Shown here: in pieces, positions 14,401-27,154 of the stretch
How positions within the stretch are numbered: the first letter of the stretch is position 1
How the letters are laid out: every line of letters starts with the position of its first letter
From: Sphyrna mokarran
Lineage: Eukaryota
DNA: 64,000 nt
Reading direction: 5' to 3'
Assembly (NCBI GenBank): GCA_024679065.1
Contig: JAGIQG010000016.1
Coordinates: 52,638,001-52,702,000 of the forward strand
The notes under the pieces: generated by a model
The model's input: the letters and a program-made list of their open reading frames with translations, nothing else
Databases searched by the model: none
What the model was told of the DNA's origin: nothing
Translations under genes and position numbers: made by a program

Positions 14401-15018
14401 AGATCTGAAACTTCCCCGCTTTCTCACTCAAACTACCAAATTCTAATAACATTGTCAAATTAAATTTTGGACCCAAATAATTTCTTTTAGAATCCATTTG
14501 TCTTTCCAATTCACATGTTTCTTCATTCTAATATATGGCTATAAAATTTTTCTGGGACAACATTAAATATTTAACTGGGTTCCTGCAATAAATTTACTCA
14601 AGCACCTAACCTTAACCATAATGTGCTCTACACTTTAAAATTCAGAATACCATAACCCAAGTCTGAACTGTGCTGATAATCTAATGTATTAATGTAAATG
14701 AATTCCAGGTGACATACTACCTTTAATAAAAAGTGCAAAATTAAATTGCAATAACAAACCCCATAAATCATTGAGCATGTTCACTCTGCAAGCTGGAGCA
14801 AGGCTAAATGTTTGTAACATAAGCCCAGATTTAGGTCCCAACCTGACTGCATAGTGAAGCAGCTTGATTAACTTAAGTGCCTTAATCCCTTTAGTGCTGC
14901 TTCCAAAATACTTCACAATTTCTGTAATTTTAGTATTTCAGATTCCTGGAAACTCAATATGACCTTGAACTAAAGGAACACTTCAGGAAAAAAGTGTTTC
15001 CAGTTTTTCATAAATTTT

Positions 15019-15226
15019 GGGCAGGATTCTCCAGCCTCCCAGTTGCGTATTACTTGGTGACGGGAGGGGCCGTGCTGTATGCTGGTTACAGCTTCTCTGG
15101 TCTCACTGCTGTCAATGGAATTTCCCACTGAAGCCATCCCATGTTGCCCGGAAGCCCATAGTCAGGGGTGTGCTGCCGGGAACACCAGAGAATCCCGCTT
15201 GCGTGAATAGTCAAAGAATTCCAGCC
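15019..15226. mobile_element. MITE
   Basis: TIRs gggcaggattctc / agaattccagcc. The internal gtcaatggaatttccca palindrome is shared with 16955-17137. Confidence 0.65.
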
Positions 15227-16954
15227 ATGATGATATCTTATTTTCTGTTGGTGCATTTACTATGCAGAAGCAGTTTTGATATAAAATTGTAATTTTAAAA
15301 GTATTGTAGATTTGAAATTCCTTTCAACATGTTTGAGAGTAGAAAGTCTTCCACTTAGCAATTAACTAATGTATCCAAAACAATTTATTGACAATAAAGT
15401 ATCCAAAAAGCTTGAATGCACTAACATCTAATTAATACTGCAAGTATATACATATATAATACAGAACAACTGAAATCTTAAAATCAAATAATCACAATTG
15501 TGAACATCTGATTATAATTCTAATATTTCATTTCAAATAAACCAGAATGTAACATATAATACAGTATGGCAAATAAACAAAATTGATTTTTATGCCAAAA
15601 ACATTTTTTACCATATTGCATGCAAGTTTTAGTGGTTGAAGTTAACCATTTTCCTCAAGAGCATCTGGCTCATAAACATTTCACAAGCAAAGTTTACAAC
15701 AAAAATTGAAATACAGCCACATTACATTTTACAGGTTATTGCGAGTCAAAGAGCTCACAGTAACTAAATGAGCAGCTGTGGATGTCAACACTAAAATATG
15801 GATGCACACATTCAAACTTGTGGCTAGCTTGAAACTTAGCTTCATCTTTCAAACACAACTTTTTTTTGAAGACTAGTGAGTTGGTGTCTCCTAGATATTT
15901 TCTTCTAAATAGATTAAAAAGTTCACTTAATTAAAATTTTCTTAATTCATCAATAGTTAAACCAAATTGTTCAGACAATATTTCCTGGGCTTTGTTAATT
16001 ATTTTCAACAGCCTTCAAAAAATGCTTTAAAATGTTCAGAATTGATAGCACATTGTCACAGTACAGTGCACTGGAGCTCATTCGTTGGACTATATCTGTG
16101 ATTTCACCTTCCCTACCTCCACCCCAAATCACTGATCACATTCAATTACATTCTCATACACCTGCAATTCCACAGTGGCACAGATAGGCGACTATTAACT
16201 GGCAGCTTCACATCCTTAAGAATAGCTCAGGGTCTTGGGAAACTTAGCCTGGGCTGCTACTTGGGAAGAATAAAAACAGAAGGATACATACTTTTAACTA
16301 AATTAAGAAAATTTCTGGGCAGTAGAGTTGTGCATTTGCAGTTTAGGCATCTGAGGTTTGATGGCTAGTTAGTGCTGAATTACTTAATTCCAACTACATA
16401 GGGCCTCTGCAACTGGTCTCAATATCTGAAGAAAAGAAAATAGGCCACAGTTTCCACTCTTGATCCCTATCTAGTTGCAGAAAGATAAGTCATAAAGAAA
16501 AGACTGGGATTATTCGCTAAACATTTCCAATACTTGAATAAACACAACTGTCAAGGTCCATGTGAAAAAGGAGAGAAGATTGGTGAAGCAGAAAACAAAT
16601 AAATCAAACAGTGTAGTCTTCCCAGAACCAAACTCTATTTAGGTAATAAAACTTTAAGGGCCACTACAATCTACATTCACAAAATTGTGCATTTCATCTT
16701 TCAATTTACATTTAGGGCACAAAACTATTTAGTGAATGATAAATAGTATAACCAATTTAAATTTAAAACAAATGCCTCAATTCTGTTTTATCATCAGGAT
16801 TGTGCAATATATAATTGACTATCATATTCAAAAATATACAGGATTATGATCATCTCCAAATCAAGGTGTTTCTGGCAATCCTAAATGTTCTAGGTCAGCA
16901 GAAAATGGAATTGGCAGACAATAATAAATTTGGCTTACCTGGACAAATATTTAA

Positions 16955-17137
16955 GTTGGAATTCTCTGACTTCTACCGTCAGCGGGATCTTCTGGTGTTG
17001 TCAGTAGCACAGCCCCGCCGTGGGTCTCCCGGCGATGTAGTGCAGTCAATGGGAAATCCCATTGACCAGAAGATCCCAGCCAGTGGCATGTTGCTTCCCG
17101 CTGCAAAAAATGCCTGCGGGGAGGCCAGAGAATTCCT
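16955..17137. mobile_element. MITE
   Basis: TIRs ggaattctctg / cagagaattcc, with an internal 13-bp perfect inverted repeat gggatcttctggt / accagaagatccc and the palindrome tcaatggg-aaat-cccattga. Confidence 0.7.
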
Positions 17138-17419
17138 CAAAATGTTAATTTTCACATTATCTAGGCTGGCATTTCAATAATAAACTGAGTAAATGCTGAA
17201 ATGTTGGAGAAACCATCTTATGAACGCTAAATTACTTGGAGGTTCAACCACCTGCGCACACAGACTAAAGAATTCCTCAGCACTATTCATTCAAGTCCAA
17301 GATCTTATCCCAGCCTCCTGGCAAATCTCTCTCAAGCAATATTACAAAAATAGATTCATTTTTTAATGTTATGTACCTGCTAGAAGTATTGTTTTTAATT
17401 GTAAACATAAACCCTTATT

Positions 17420-17932
17420 TTGTTTACCAACTTTTATAGATGCACTGTAGAAAGCATCCTTTCTGGATGTATCACAACTTGGTATGACTACTGCTCACTC
17501 CAAGGACACAAGAAACTACAAACAGTTATGAACGCAACCCAGTCCATCACGCAAACCAGCCTTCCATCACTAACTCTGTCTATACTTCCTGCTGCCTCGG
17601 AAAAGCAGCTAATATAATCAAGGATCCCATGCATTCCAGACATAATCTCTTCCAACTTCCTCCGTTGGGAAAAGATACAAGAGTCTGAAAGCATTTACCA
17701 ACAGGCTCAAGAACAGCTTCTTCCCTACTGCCATCAAACTTTTGAATGCACTTGTCTTATATTATGTTGATCTTTCTGTACACCCTAATTATGACTGTAA
17801 CATTACATTCTGCACCCTATCCTTTCCTACTCCCCTATGTACTCTATGAATGGTATGCTTTTTCTGTATACTGCACAAGAAACAATACTTTTCATTGTGT
17901 ACCAATACATGTGACAATAATAAATCAAATCA
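17420..17932 (+). mobile_element. Rex1/Babar LINE 3' end
   Basis: FYRCTVESILSGCITTWY..C...KKLQ is the typical Rex-Babar C-terminal motif; tail gtgacaataataaatcaaatc. Confidence 0.8.
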
Positions 17933-18419
17933 TTTACCTCAGTCATGTTTGGCCATCCACCATTGTCCAGCAGAGATGGCAGGGCTACATCAATGTATTT
18001 GATTAAATAGATGCTTTTTAGACAGCCACCATAAGACGCATGAGAGGAATCTGATGCAAACCCTAACCTCTCTTTCTTTCAAACTGTGCCTAACATTGGT
18101 TTTGCTATCTCACCAATGGTATGGGTGACACTGCAAATTCAAGTCTGTCAGAACCATGGGTACAAATCTTTATTATATCATTTTTTACAATGGGATATGC
18201 AGGCTTGTGCCTTTATCCCCCATTAATTTCTACTGAATTAAGTCTGCGCTTTCACATAATTTTGAGGTCATGTTCTAGAAGCATATAGTTTTCTGTTTAC
18301 TCCTCCATTCTTAACAGTAAAATGTTACTCAGTTAATTGTTAACCTATCAGCTGGGATCCAGGCATGCTAAATATCATACTTACAACCTACATGAAATGC
18401 AAAGTAGATTTTTTACAGT

Positions 18420-18660
18420 ATCATATTGGTAGCATCTTGCGCCTGAATTGAAGGTTCCAGCTCATAATATATTCTGAAATTTGAGTGCAAAGAGGGCTTT
18501 ACTATCAGATGGACAGCAAAAGATTTCACAGTTCTATCCGAAGAGCACTAAGCGGTGGTTCCAACTGACTAACATTCCGCTCTCAAACAAAACCAAATTA
18601 ATTGGTCAATCATCTTATATGGAGAAGATCTTGCTGTGTACAAACTGGCTGTCCATTTAA
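18420..18660 (+). mobile_element. Deu-type SINE remnant
   Basis: Head ggtagcatcttgcgcctgaa and core gatcttgctgtgtacaaactggctg resemble the copies at 26395 and 35500. Confidence 0.45.
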
Positions 18661-19379
18661 TTCCTGCGGAGAAGCTGGGGCTAATTAAAGCAATTAGGAA
18701 TGGACAATAAATGCAGCCTTGCCCGTGTCATCTACATCTGGAGAACAAAATCTAATCATATTTTCAAATTATTTTCTCAGTTTTTGGTTAAGATTTGACA
18801 TCTACTTTCTCTTACTCTTCAGTGAAGTACTTTGGGACATGTTTTTTTGAAGCTACTATATGATTGGTCCTGCTTCATGAACAGTATGTATTTCTTAACT
18901 ATTACTTCCCCTATTACTTTTTAATTAATTATTAATAATTATTCATTGTTGCAAAGCCTCTATATATAAAACAATGACCTTTTGATGGGAAATGATAATG
19001 ACTTCACAACTAATCATTGTGAAAAGTGATCAGCAGCAGTTTTTCAATTTATTCCAATTATCCTTAAAAAAAAACTCACAGCAAAACATATGAAATAGCA
19101 TCAATTATCAAACAATGTAGTTCAGTAATATATGCACAATAACATACTCAAATAGGTGGAATACATTTGTACAAAACACCTCAGCAATTCATTGTACTGC
19201 CGCCAAATGTTGCAATGGCAATAACTGCATTCTTATAATGAATTTAGTGTCACAGTACTAAAAAGGAGGAATTAGAGAAATTGGATAGGATAAAAAGAAA
19301 GAGGACGTATTTATAAGATCAGCAGTGTTCAACGTAAAAAAATCCAAATGAAATTCATTCTGTGTCGTTGAGGCAAATG

Positions 19380-21570
19380 GAGGTAATGGTGGCTCTGGCC
19401 ACAATCCTCTAATTCTCATTTGAGAAGGGAGCAGTGCAGAGGACTGGAGCAGTGCAAATGTTACACCTACTGTTCAAAAAAGGAAGTAGATAAACCCAGC
19501 AACTATTAGCAAGTCAGCCTAATATTAGTGGTGGGAAAACTGCAATAGTCAAAAATAAAATTAATTGTTACTTGTAAAATATGAATTAATAAATGACATT
19601 TATTGCTTATGGAAAAATTGCACTTGACTAACTTTATTGAGCCCCATGATAAAGTAACAGAAAGGATAGTGCAGTTGATGTATGCTTCTTCTGATTAACC
19701 AAATAAACTAAATCAACAAGTTGAGGGATAAATTAAAATGCAACTCCTTAATGGGATGCTGCATCAAAGTAAACAGGCTTCGATGGTGTCGGCAAATACT
19801 TTGCACTCCCTTTCCAGGGGCATTCAGCAGTGAACATAGTTGCGGAAAAGAGGTAAACAGACAACTCCCTGACTGGCTGCTACTTGGACCTATAAATGGC
19901 TAGCTTAGCTAGGTCAAGGAGTAGGCCCAGGAGGAGATCCTCCCCCTTCAGAAACCCAAAGACTAGGAGGGTGGGACTGAAGTGAAAGCAAAAAGAAAGT
20001 AGCAGGTTTTCCAAAAAACTAAACACAGGGTGCAGCCTAAGGCAGCTTACATATGTGTGAATCACAGATTCCATAAACCCACAAAACTCACATGCATTTT
20101 TGGAGTCCATGAATTCATAGCCTATGGTTGTATGGGACTGTTGCATGCAACACCCGCCACCCCAGATCCTCGATGGTATAGGAAGAACTCTCACGTAGAG
20201 AGCCCTCCACTGGGGAACTCACCATTGGGTGACAATAATGCATGTCTGGCTATGTCTGGAGGGTGAGTGAAGGCAAGGAAATGAAAGATATGAGCAACTG
20301 TCCATATAGGAAACCCCTCAGCACTGTGCTAAAGATAACTCAGATTGTGAAGCATGTTATACAGGGGAAGATTTGAGGCTTGGGCCCATGTGAAATCCAT
20401 CCAAGCAGGTACACACAGATGAGCTTTTTCGAGACCTTGTGTGCCATTGGGACCAAGCACTATTATTTTAAGACGTTGGAAGGCATCATCCATGAGCTGG
20501 ATGCCTATCAATCTCTAATGGCCCAGTTCAAAGGGGACAATCTAGCCCGGTCTCCCGTCACTCAGCAAGTCCCCATTCTAGTCACTCCAGCAGCCACAGC
20601 ACCCTTTCTGCCAGTCACCTGGAGTTATAGCAGAGGATTCCTGAGCAGCAGCTCTATCACAACAGTCACTACTTTTGACAGAGAAGTGCAGCATGCGGCG
20701 ATTATGCTCCAGACTTTGATCAAGTCCTGGTAAAAGACAGACGATGCCTGTAAGGAGTTCCAAAGCTGCCTCAAGTCTACAAGCAGAAGTTGCATGTCAT
20801 AGTTCAGGCTGTGTACCTGGCAAAAGAAATACAATGCCTAAGCAAAACATATAGGTAATGCTGCAGTATCTGAACACCGAAGGTTGTTATTTGTGTGGGG
20901 AGACACAGCAGTGCCTGACCACCCTCCCAAAGAGGGAGAGTAAGAAACTCAGTAGTGACACACTGCAACCTTTTGTCCCAGAAGAGGTCAATGACCATCT
21001 TCTCAATTTTTGTCCTAAATTCTGAAGAAGGGGTCAAAGTGACCAGCTGATACTATTACATGGAGGCAACAGGTTGGTTGATGTGTATGAACTTTCAAAG
21101 GCATTTGATTAAGTAGCACATAATAGAATTCAATTTTGCTAACAAGCCTATGAATGTAAAGGGGTAGTGGTACTGTGGTTATAAAAGGAAAGTGTAGTGG
21201 TGAATATTGTTCTTCAGTATAAAGTGGCTTCCCCTAGACTTTGGTCTTGGGACCACTGTCCTGATTGATATATCCAGTATGATTAAGCTGGACTCAGGAG
21301 TATCATGCACAATTTCAAAGTTTCAGTAATCAAATAAACAGTGAGGAAGGGAGTATCAGATGAAATTTAAGGTGGAGAAGTATGGTGGTATATTTTGATG
21401 AGAAGAATGGGGAGACGAAATATAAGCTGAATGGTACAATTTTAAAGGCCTGAGGACCAGAAAGATCTGAATGGCTAAATACAGACACCTTTGACAGGGA
21501 TCAAACAAACTAAAGAACAATATTCATCACTAAACAAATTGAAAAAGTTGTTAACAAAGCATGATACCCT
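19380..21570 (+). mobile_element. Old CR1 fragment split by a Tx1 insertion (parts ~19380-19690 and ~21075-21570)
   Basis: ANVTP.FKKG..PSNY..VSL and CLTNFIE remnants lie left of the insertion; VDV.Y.DF.KAFD.V.H resumes at ~21080. Confidence 0.65.
19700..21075 (-). mobile_element. Tx1/L1-clade LINE ORF2 C-terminal fragment
   Basis: CCHC finger CEFCG..ESV.H....C, followed by LLL.LAKLAIYRS; also LFWDKR...LPLWEGGQAL. Confidence 0.8.
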
Positions 21571-23244
21571 TTAGGAGGATTTTTCGAATGCCTTGCCATC
21601 TGAAGAGTCAATAGAGAATACATTCATGCCAGTTCAGGGTAAGATGCTTCTTGGGTCTCTGACTCTTACTCAGAGGTCCTACTGCAGGATCGGAGAGACT
21701 GCAGTGAGGTGATCATTTGCAAGGACAAAAGGAAGAGGCCGAACCAAACAGGTATCCTTGGAAAAGGACAAGAAAGTCAGCATTAGGAGTATGTCCCCTC
21801 CAGTCTGATAATACTTCACCAAGAGGATTCAGGAGGCAAAACACCTTTAGGTTCCAAGTCCCATTTTCCTGCACAGCACTCCTCTGGTAAACAGTCTTCC
21901 TATCATACTCATTCTTCTCCAGGAAATTCCTCTCACCCCTATATTGAGAGCCAATATTTACACTCATCCTCATCCTGTTATCACCTCATATGCCATCCCT
22001 CATAGTTATCTTCCCTAAATCTCATTCCTTCCTTTTCACACAAGCTATTTCTAATATCCATTTCTCTGCTTTCTCTTACAATAGGAGGCAGAACACAATC
22101 TTGGATAGAAGTAGAGATTTGGAATGGAAGGGCACTCCTCCTTGGACATTACATAGGATAGCCCTCCAGTGACGGCCACTGACAATATGTATCCATTTGG
22201 TCCAAATGGGAAGGAGGTCTTCTTCCAGAGGCTACAATGTTAGCAATTATCTACTGTCTAAGCCTGAGTTTCTTGGAGCAATGGTGCTCAAATATGTTAA
22301 GACAGTTGATACTTTGCCTGTATACCTGTATTGGGGTTTCACCTCCTTGGAGCCAGATCTCTGGATTCATCCCCTCCAATATAATTGAGACAAAGGCAGC
22401 TGATACTGTTGCTAGTTACATGCCTGCTGGCATGGTGCTACCAATGTTGCTGCTCCCCTTGTTCTTCATCAGAGCTTTGACATAAAATTGCATAAGCTGC
22501 TCTCATGCTGTATTCAGGCTGACAACAGGAAAGTGCAACTGAAGGTGCTGCCTTGGCAAGAGGCCAGTGTTAACAGCACTTTTTCTAAGTATGTGCTTCC
22601 ATTACTTGATAAACGATTGCTGATTTCTTTGTAGTCCATTCACCTGTCTTGTACTTTACTCATCTTCAGATTCACTTCATTTTTATTAGATTTTAATTGT
22701 CATTGCCTACAGACAATGTGAATATTTCTGATTTGTTCTAAAAAGCACTGCTAATTACGGTACATTTTGCCAAAATTTAATACTCTCGCATGATTTCTAC
22801 TCCCATTACACAAACTCAGTTATACCTATAGTCAGTCAAAATACAGAAATAGCAAACCATATGAAACAGTTCACATTTTTCAAAAAGTCCACTACAATTA
22901 AAAATGTATTAGAAATGTACCACTAAAAGTCTTACTGATATTTCACTTCTGAACACTAAACAGTTAAACAGGCTTTCTTTAAATTGAAGTGACTCGCATT
23001 CCTCACCATAGTTATGTTAAAATCTCACCACTGTAAAAAAATTGGCATTAATATGTAAATGTAACACGTCAGTGTTTGTGATATTGATGAACTTTGATAC
23101 TAATAAGATTCTGAAATGAGAGAAGGAAGCTATCTTTCATTAGGACAGAATATTATTTAATTGACTATCAGTGAAGTTTGAAAACACACAACCAGAGAAA
23201 AAAATTACAGTTGTAATTTCCATTTGTATAATACCGAATGCACA

Positions 23245-23535
23245 TAGAATCATTGGATCCCTACAGTGCAAGAGGAGGTCATGTGACCCATTGAGTCTGC
23301 ACTGACCACAATCCCCAGGCCCCACTCCTGTAATCCCATTTATTTACTCTGTCGGGCCATCTAACCATGGCCAATCAACCTAATTTGCACATCTTCGAAG
23401 TATGGGGGGAAACCAGAGTACTGGAAGAAATCCATGAAGATTCAGAAAGAAAGTGCAAACTCCACACAGTCATCCAAGGCCACTGAATCTGGATCCCTGG
23501 TGCTGTGAGGCAGATGTGCTAATCACTGTGCCACA
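23245..23535 (-). mobile_element. tRNA-derived V-SINE (HE1-like)
   Basis: On the minus strand: head gtggcacagtgattagcac..cctcacagcaccagg, V-domain gtgtggagtttgcac..., and a CR1-like tail ending gattctatg. Confidence 0.85.
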
Positions 23536-23539
23536 TGTT

Positions 23540-23625
23540 TCCTGACTTGGAACATTAGTTCCATTCCCTGTCCACAGATGCTGTCAGATCTGCTGAGACT
23601 TTCCAGCATTTTCTGCTTTTGATGT
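23540..23625 (+). mobile_element. Penelope-type terminal repeat fragment
   Basis: ccacagatgctgtcagatctgctgagactttccagcattttctg is the same motif as at 41730 and 42333. Confidence 0.65.
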
Positions 23626-23717
23626 ACGACTGGCATCTAACCATGCAGCTTACCAATACAGAGAACTGATATGCTTCATACTATCTGTTTAGCCACAAGC
23701 ATCTGTTTAGCCATAAG

Positions 23718-24907
23718 TTTGATAAGGTGCCTCACAAAAGATTGCTGCAGAAAGTTAGAGTGCAGGGAGTTGGGGGTAGGGTATTAGACTGGATAGAGGA
23801 TTGGTTGTCTAATAGGAAGCAAAGAGTAGGTATTAATGGATACTATTCTGATTGGCAGCTGGTGACTAGTGGAGTGCCCCAAGGATCGGTGCTGGGACCT
23901 CAACTATTTATCATTTATATAGATGATCTGGAGGAAGGGGCTGAGTGAGGGGTGATGAAATTTGCTGATGATACAAAGATGAGTGGAAAAGCAAATTGCA
24001 TGGAGGATGTGGAAAGCCTGCAGAGGGATCTGGATAGGTTGAGTGAGTGGGCGAGGACCTGGCAGATGGAGTATAATGTTAGCAAGTGTGAGGTTATACA
24101 CTTTGGTAGGAATAACGGTAGGAAGGATTACTAATTAAATGGTGAAAAGCTGAAGCATGCGACTGTGCAGAGGGACCTGGGGGTCGTTGTGCACGAATTG
24201 CAAAAACAGTCTGCAGCTGCAGCAGGTGATCAAGAAGACAAATGCAATGTTGGCCTTTATAACTAGGGGGATAGAATATAAAAGTAGGGAGGTACTTTTG
24301 CAGCTGTATAGGGTACTGGTGAGGCCGCAGTTGGAATACTGTGTGCAGTTTTGGTCGCCACATTCGAGGAAGGATATATTAGCCTTGGAGGGGGTGCAGA
24401 AAAGGTTCATTAGGCTGATACCGGAGATGAGGGAGTTGGATTATGAGAAGAGACTAAATAGGCTAGGTTTGTACTCGTTGGAGTTTAGAAGGCTAAGAAG
24501 GGATCTTATAGAGACGAATAAGATTATGAAGAGGATGGATAGGGTAGAGGTTGAAAGACTCTTCCTGCTTAACAAAGATAGCAGGACTAGAGGGCACAGC
24601 CTCAAGATTTGGGGGGGGGGGGGGGGGGGGGGGGGCAGTTTCAGATCAGAATTGAGGAAGAATTTCTTTACGCAAAGAGTGGTGAATCTTTGGAATTCCC
24701 TGTCTGTTGAAGTGGTGGAGGCTTCCTCACTGAATATATTTAAGTCAAGAGTGGAGAGGTTTTTGATTGACAAGGGAATTAAGGGTTACGGGGAGAAAGC
24801 GAAAAAGTGGTACTGAACCACTGCAGATCAGCCATGATCTTACTGAATAGCGGGGCAGGCTCGAGGGCTGGGTGGCCTACTCCTGCTCCTATTTCTTATG
24901 TTCTTAT
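23718..24907 (+). mobile_element. Relatively young 5'-truncated CR1 LINE
   Basis: FDKVPH...[11 protein letters not shown]...KFADDTK...LEYCVQFWSP with few lesions; complete 3'UTR and ttcttatgttcttat tail. Confidence 0.95.
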
Positions 24908-26392
24908 CCTCCCCACTGCAACACAATGTACAGGATTATCTGCTGCAAAGAGGTATACTAACATGCAATGACAGTTCTGCATCTCCTGTGAATGTGGTAG
25001 GCTAGGTCATCAGTCAAAAACAAGACAACTAAAGGATCACTGACCTCTCTTCTCACATTGTGGACTTTCAAGCATGTCATGAAATGTTCACTTGATTCCA
25101 GTCTTTACGAGGTCTGTAATTTTGGAGTGAACCTCCATCAAGGAGACTTAATTTTCATACAGAGAAAATAATTCTTAGTAAGTCACTGGACAAGAAGCAA
25201 GTCTGGGTTTGAGCACTTCTTGAAGAAGGCTAAGGAAGCCACAAAAATTCCTCTCTTAACATTGCAGTTCCATTTCTGGAAAGTATAACTTTGAATGAAA
25301 CAAAGAACGAATCGGAATTTCCCCATTATAAATCAATGTAAAGGCTGTAGTTAGTTTCTGTAAAACTTCTCTCATTAAAAACAAGCTTAAAATATGATAC
25401 AATGTAAATACCTTACATTGCTAAACTATTCTATTTGTAAATGACAAGACTTAAAATAATATGGAAAAGAGTGTTTTGTACTTATCTCAAATTCACTGTC
25501 GCTCCCTTTCACTACGTACCTGGCTCGCAGCTCTCCCAATCCCTAACCCAATGCTTACTGCCTCTTGGCTCCTCGATTCTCTAGCTTGCTGCCTCTTCAA
25601 TTTCCTGATATTCCAGCTCACATTCTGTCTGGCTCTCCCAGTCCCCAGCCTCAGCACTTGCCTCTCTCCTGTTAACTTCCCTCTCACCAAACTTCCTGCT
25701 CATTGGTGAGCGAGGGTTTGCGAGATGAGCAGCTAAAGCAGTTTTGAGTTGCTACAGTAATGTAAGGTAGATAGCCACCAAGAAGGAGGCTCAGCAAGTG
25801 GGAATGTCAGCAATCAGAAGGGTCAGAAAGCAGGAGAGGCTACTCTAAAATGGTACCAAATGGGTCATGTGACCTAATTTAGACCTGGCATGAGCCAACT
25901 TTAAAATTAAATTCATAATGCTAAAAATGAATATTGGCCCTAATAAGTGACTGACATTTTAACACACTGCTCTGTTTCACTTGGCGACAACATTTTAATT
26001 TAAAGACTTATATTTCTCAAAAAAATCTTTACGTCATCAGAACATTGTTTTTTAGAAATGCAATTGTCAAACTACAGAAACTAGGGATGGTATTTTCTGG
26101 CCCTTCCCACTGTTGAATCTTCCAGTCCCACCAAGTCAGTGGGGGCTTAAATGGACTATTGCATGTGGGTCAGAAAGTTTCAGCATAAAACACTTCACAC
26201 AGGAAATTGTGTTTAATGAGTTTCTATGAAACAATAAGCTGGTATAAATACTTATCAATTATTGCTTCACATGGGTAATTAATTCTAACGTATCTTTCAG
26301 CAATAAAAACAGTCCTATATCTTGGGCAAAATAGCAGAGGTAAAGACAAGAAATGGAATAAAATCATTTGAATGTAACAAACTTTATTAAAT

Positions 26393-26903
26393 GTTAGCCA
26401 TGACTCAGTGACAGTACTCTTGCTCCAAATCAAAAAGTCATGGCTATCAAAGACTTGAGCACCTATTCCACACTGACATTTCAATGTAGCACTGAGGGAG
26501 TGCAGAGATGCTGCCTTACTGATTAAATGTTAAACAGAGCTCTCTTAAGAGAAAATCAAAGGTCCCATGTGACTACTTATAAACCTGTTGGACTTTAACC
26601 CATATAAACATTTGGACTTTAGCCTGGTGTTGTGAGACTTCTTATTGTGCCCACCCCATTCCAACGCCAACATCTCCACATCTGTAAAGGAGCAGAGAAT
26701 TCTCCCAATGTACCAGACAATATCTATCCCTGAACAAAATTATTAGAATAAATTGTCTTCAACTCAATACTATTTCAGGGACCTCGCAGTTTACACATTG
26801 GTTGCTGCATTTCTCTACATTATAAGAGCAACTATAATTCAAAGTACTGCGTTGGCTGTGAAGCACTTTGGAATGTGCTTGAAGTGCTATATAAATGCAA
26901 GTT
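26393..26903 (+). mobile_element. Deu-type (SacSINE1/AmnSINE1-like) SINE with an internal insertion at ~26570-26682
   Basis: tRNA-like head tagccatgactcagt, core gcactgagggagtgc and tail gctatataaatgcaagt. The insert ataaacctgttggactttaacc..ctggtgttgtgagacttc resembles a Penelope-type terminus. Confidence 0.65.
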
Positions 26904-27012
26904 ACCTGTTTCATATTTAGACCCAAAAGACAGTTTCCATTTCAATTTACCAGCAAAACATTGCAACAATCCTAATTTCTTGACTGATTTTATTATTTAA
27001 CTGAGAACTTAC

Positions 27013-27154
27013 CATATTCTTGACTATGAAGATTTTGCGGGCTGTGCATTCTTTCTTCTTGACTGGGGCTTAAATCAGAGTTCACACACTGGTCAGCTGA
27101 AATCCATGTGGTGTCACTCATGTCAAAATCATCACTGCTCACCGAACTTTCATC
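27013..27154 (-). CDS. NOL4L: NOL4L coding exon (142 nt): [47 protein letters not shown] + 1 nt
   Basis: Hand-translated. Acceptor ttttctcttgtag|, donor G|gtaagt. Matches the NOL4L segment DxxSVSSxDFDMSDxTW...[18 protein letters not shown], and phase 0 fits the preceding exon. It contains the ATG (27121-27119) equivalent to the short-isoform start. Confidence 0.95.

Noticed and set aside
21020-21045. ctgaagaaggggtc...gacc as another hammerhead
   Set aside because: No GAAA follows, and it is the antisense of Tx1 coding sequence (TPSSEF); judged coincidental.
23490-23535. tRNA gene
   Set aside because: It is the tRNA-derived head of a SINE with no cloverleaf; the same applies at ~33860-33945.
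1-27012. Next NOL4L exon (DDSSSES...EDQPINL-like)
   Set aside because: Not found by eye; it probably lies beyond position 1, although a diverged exon could have been missed.
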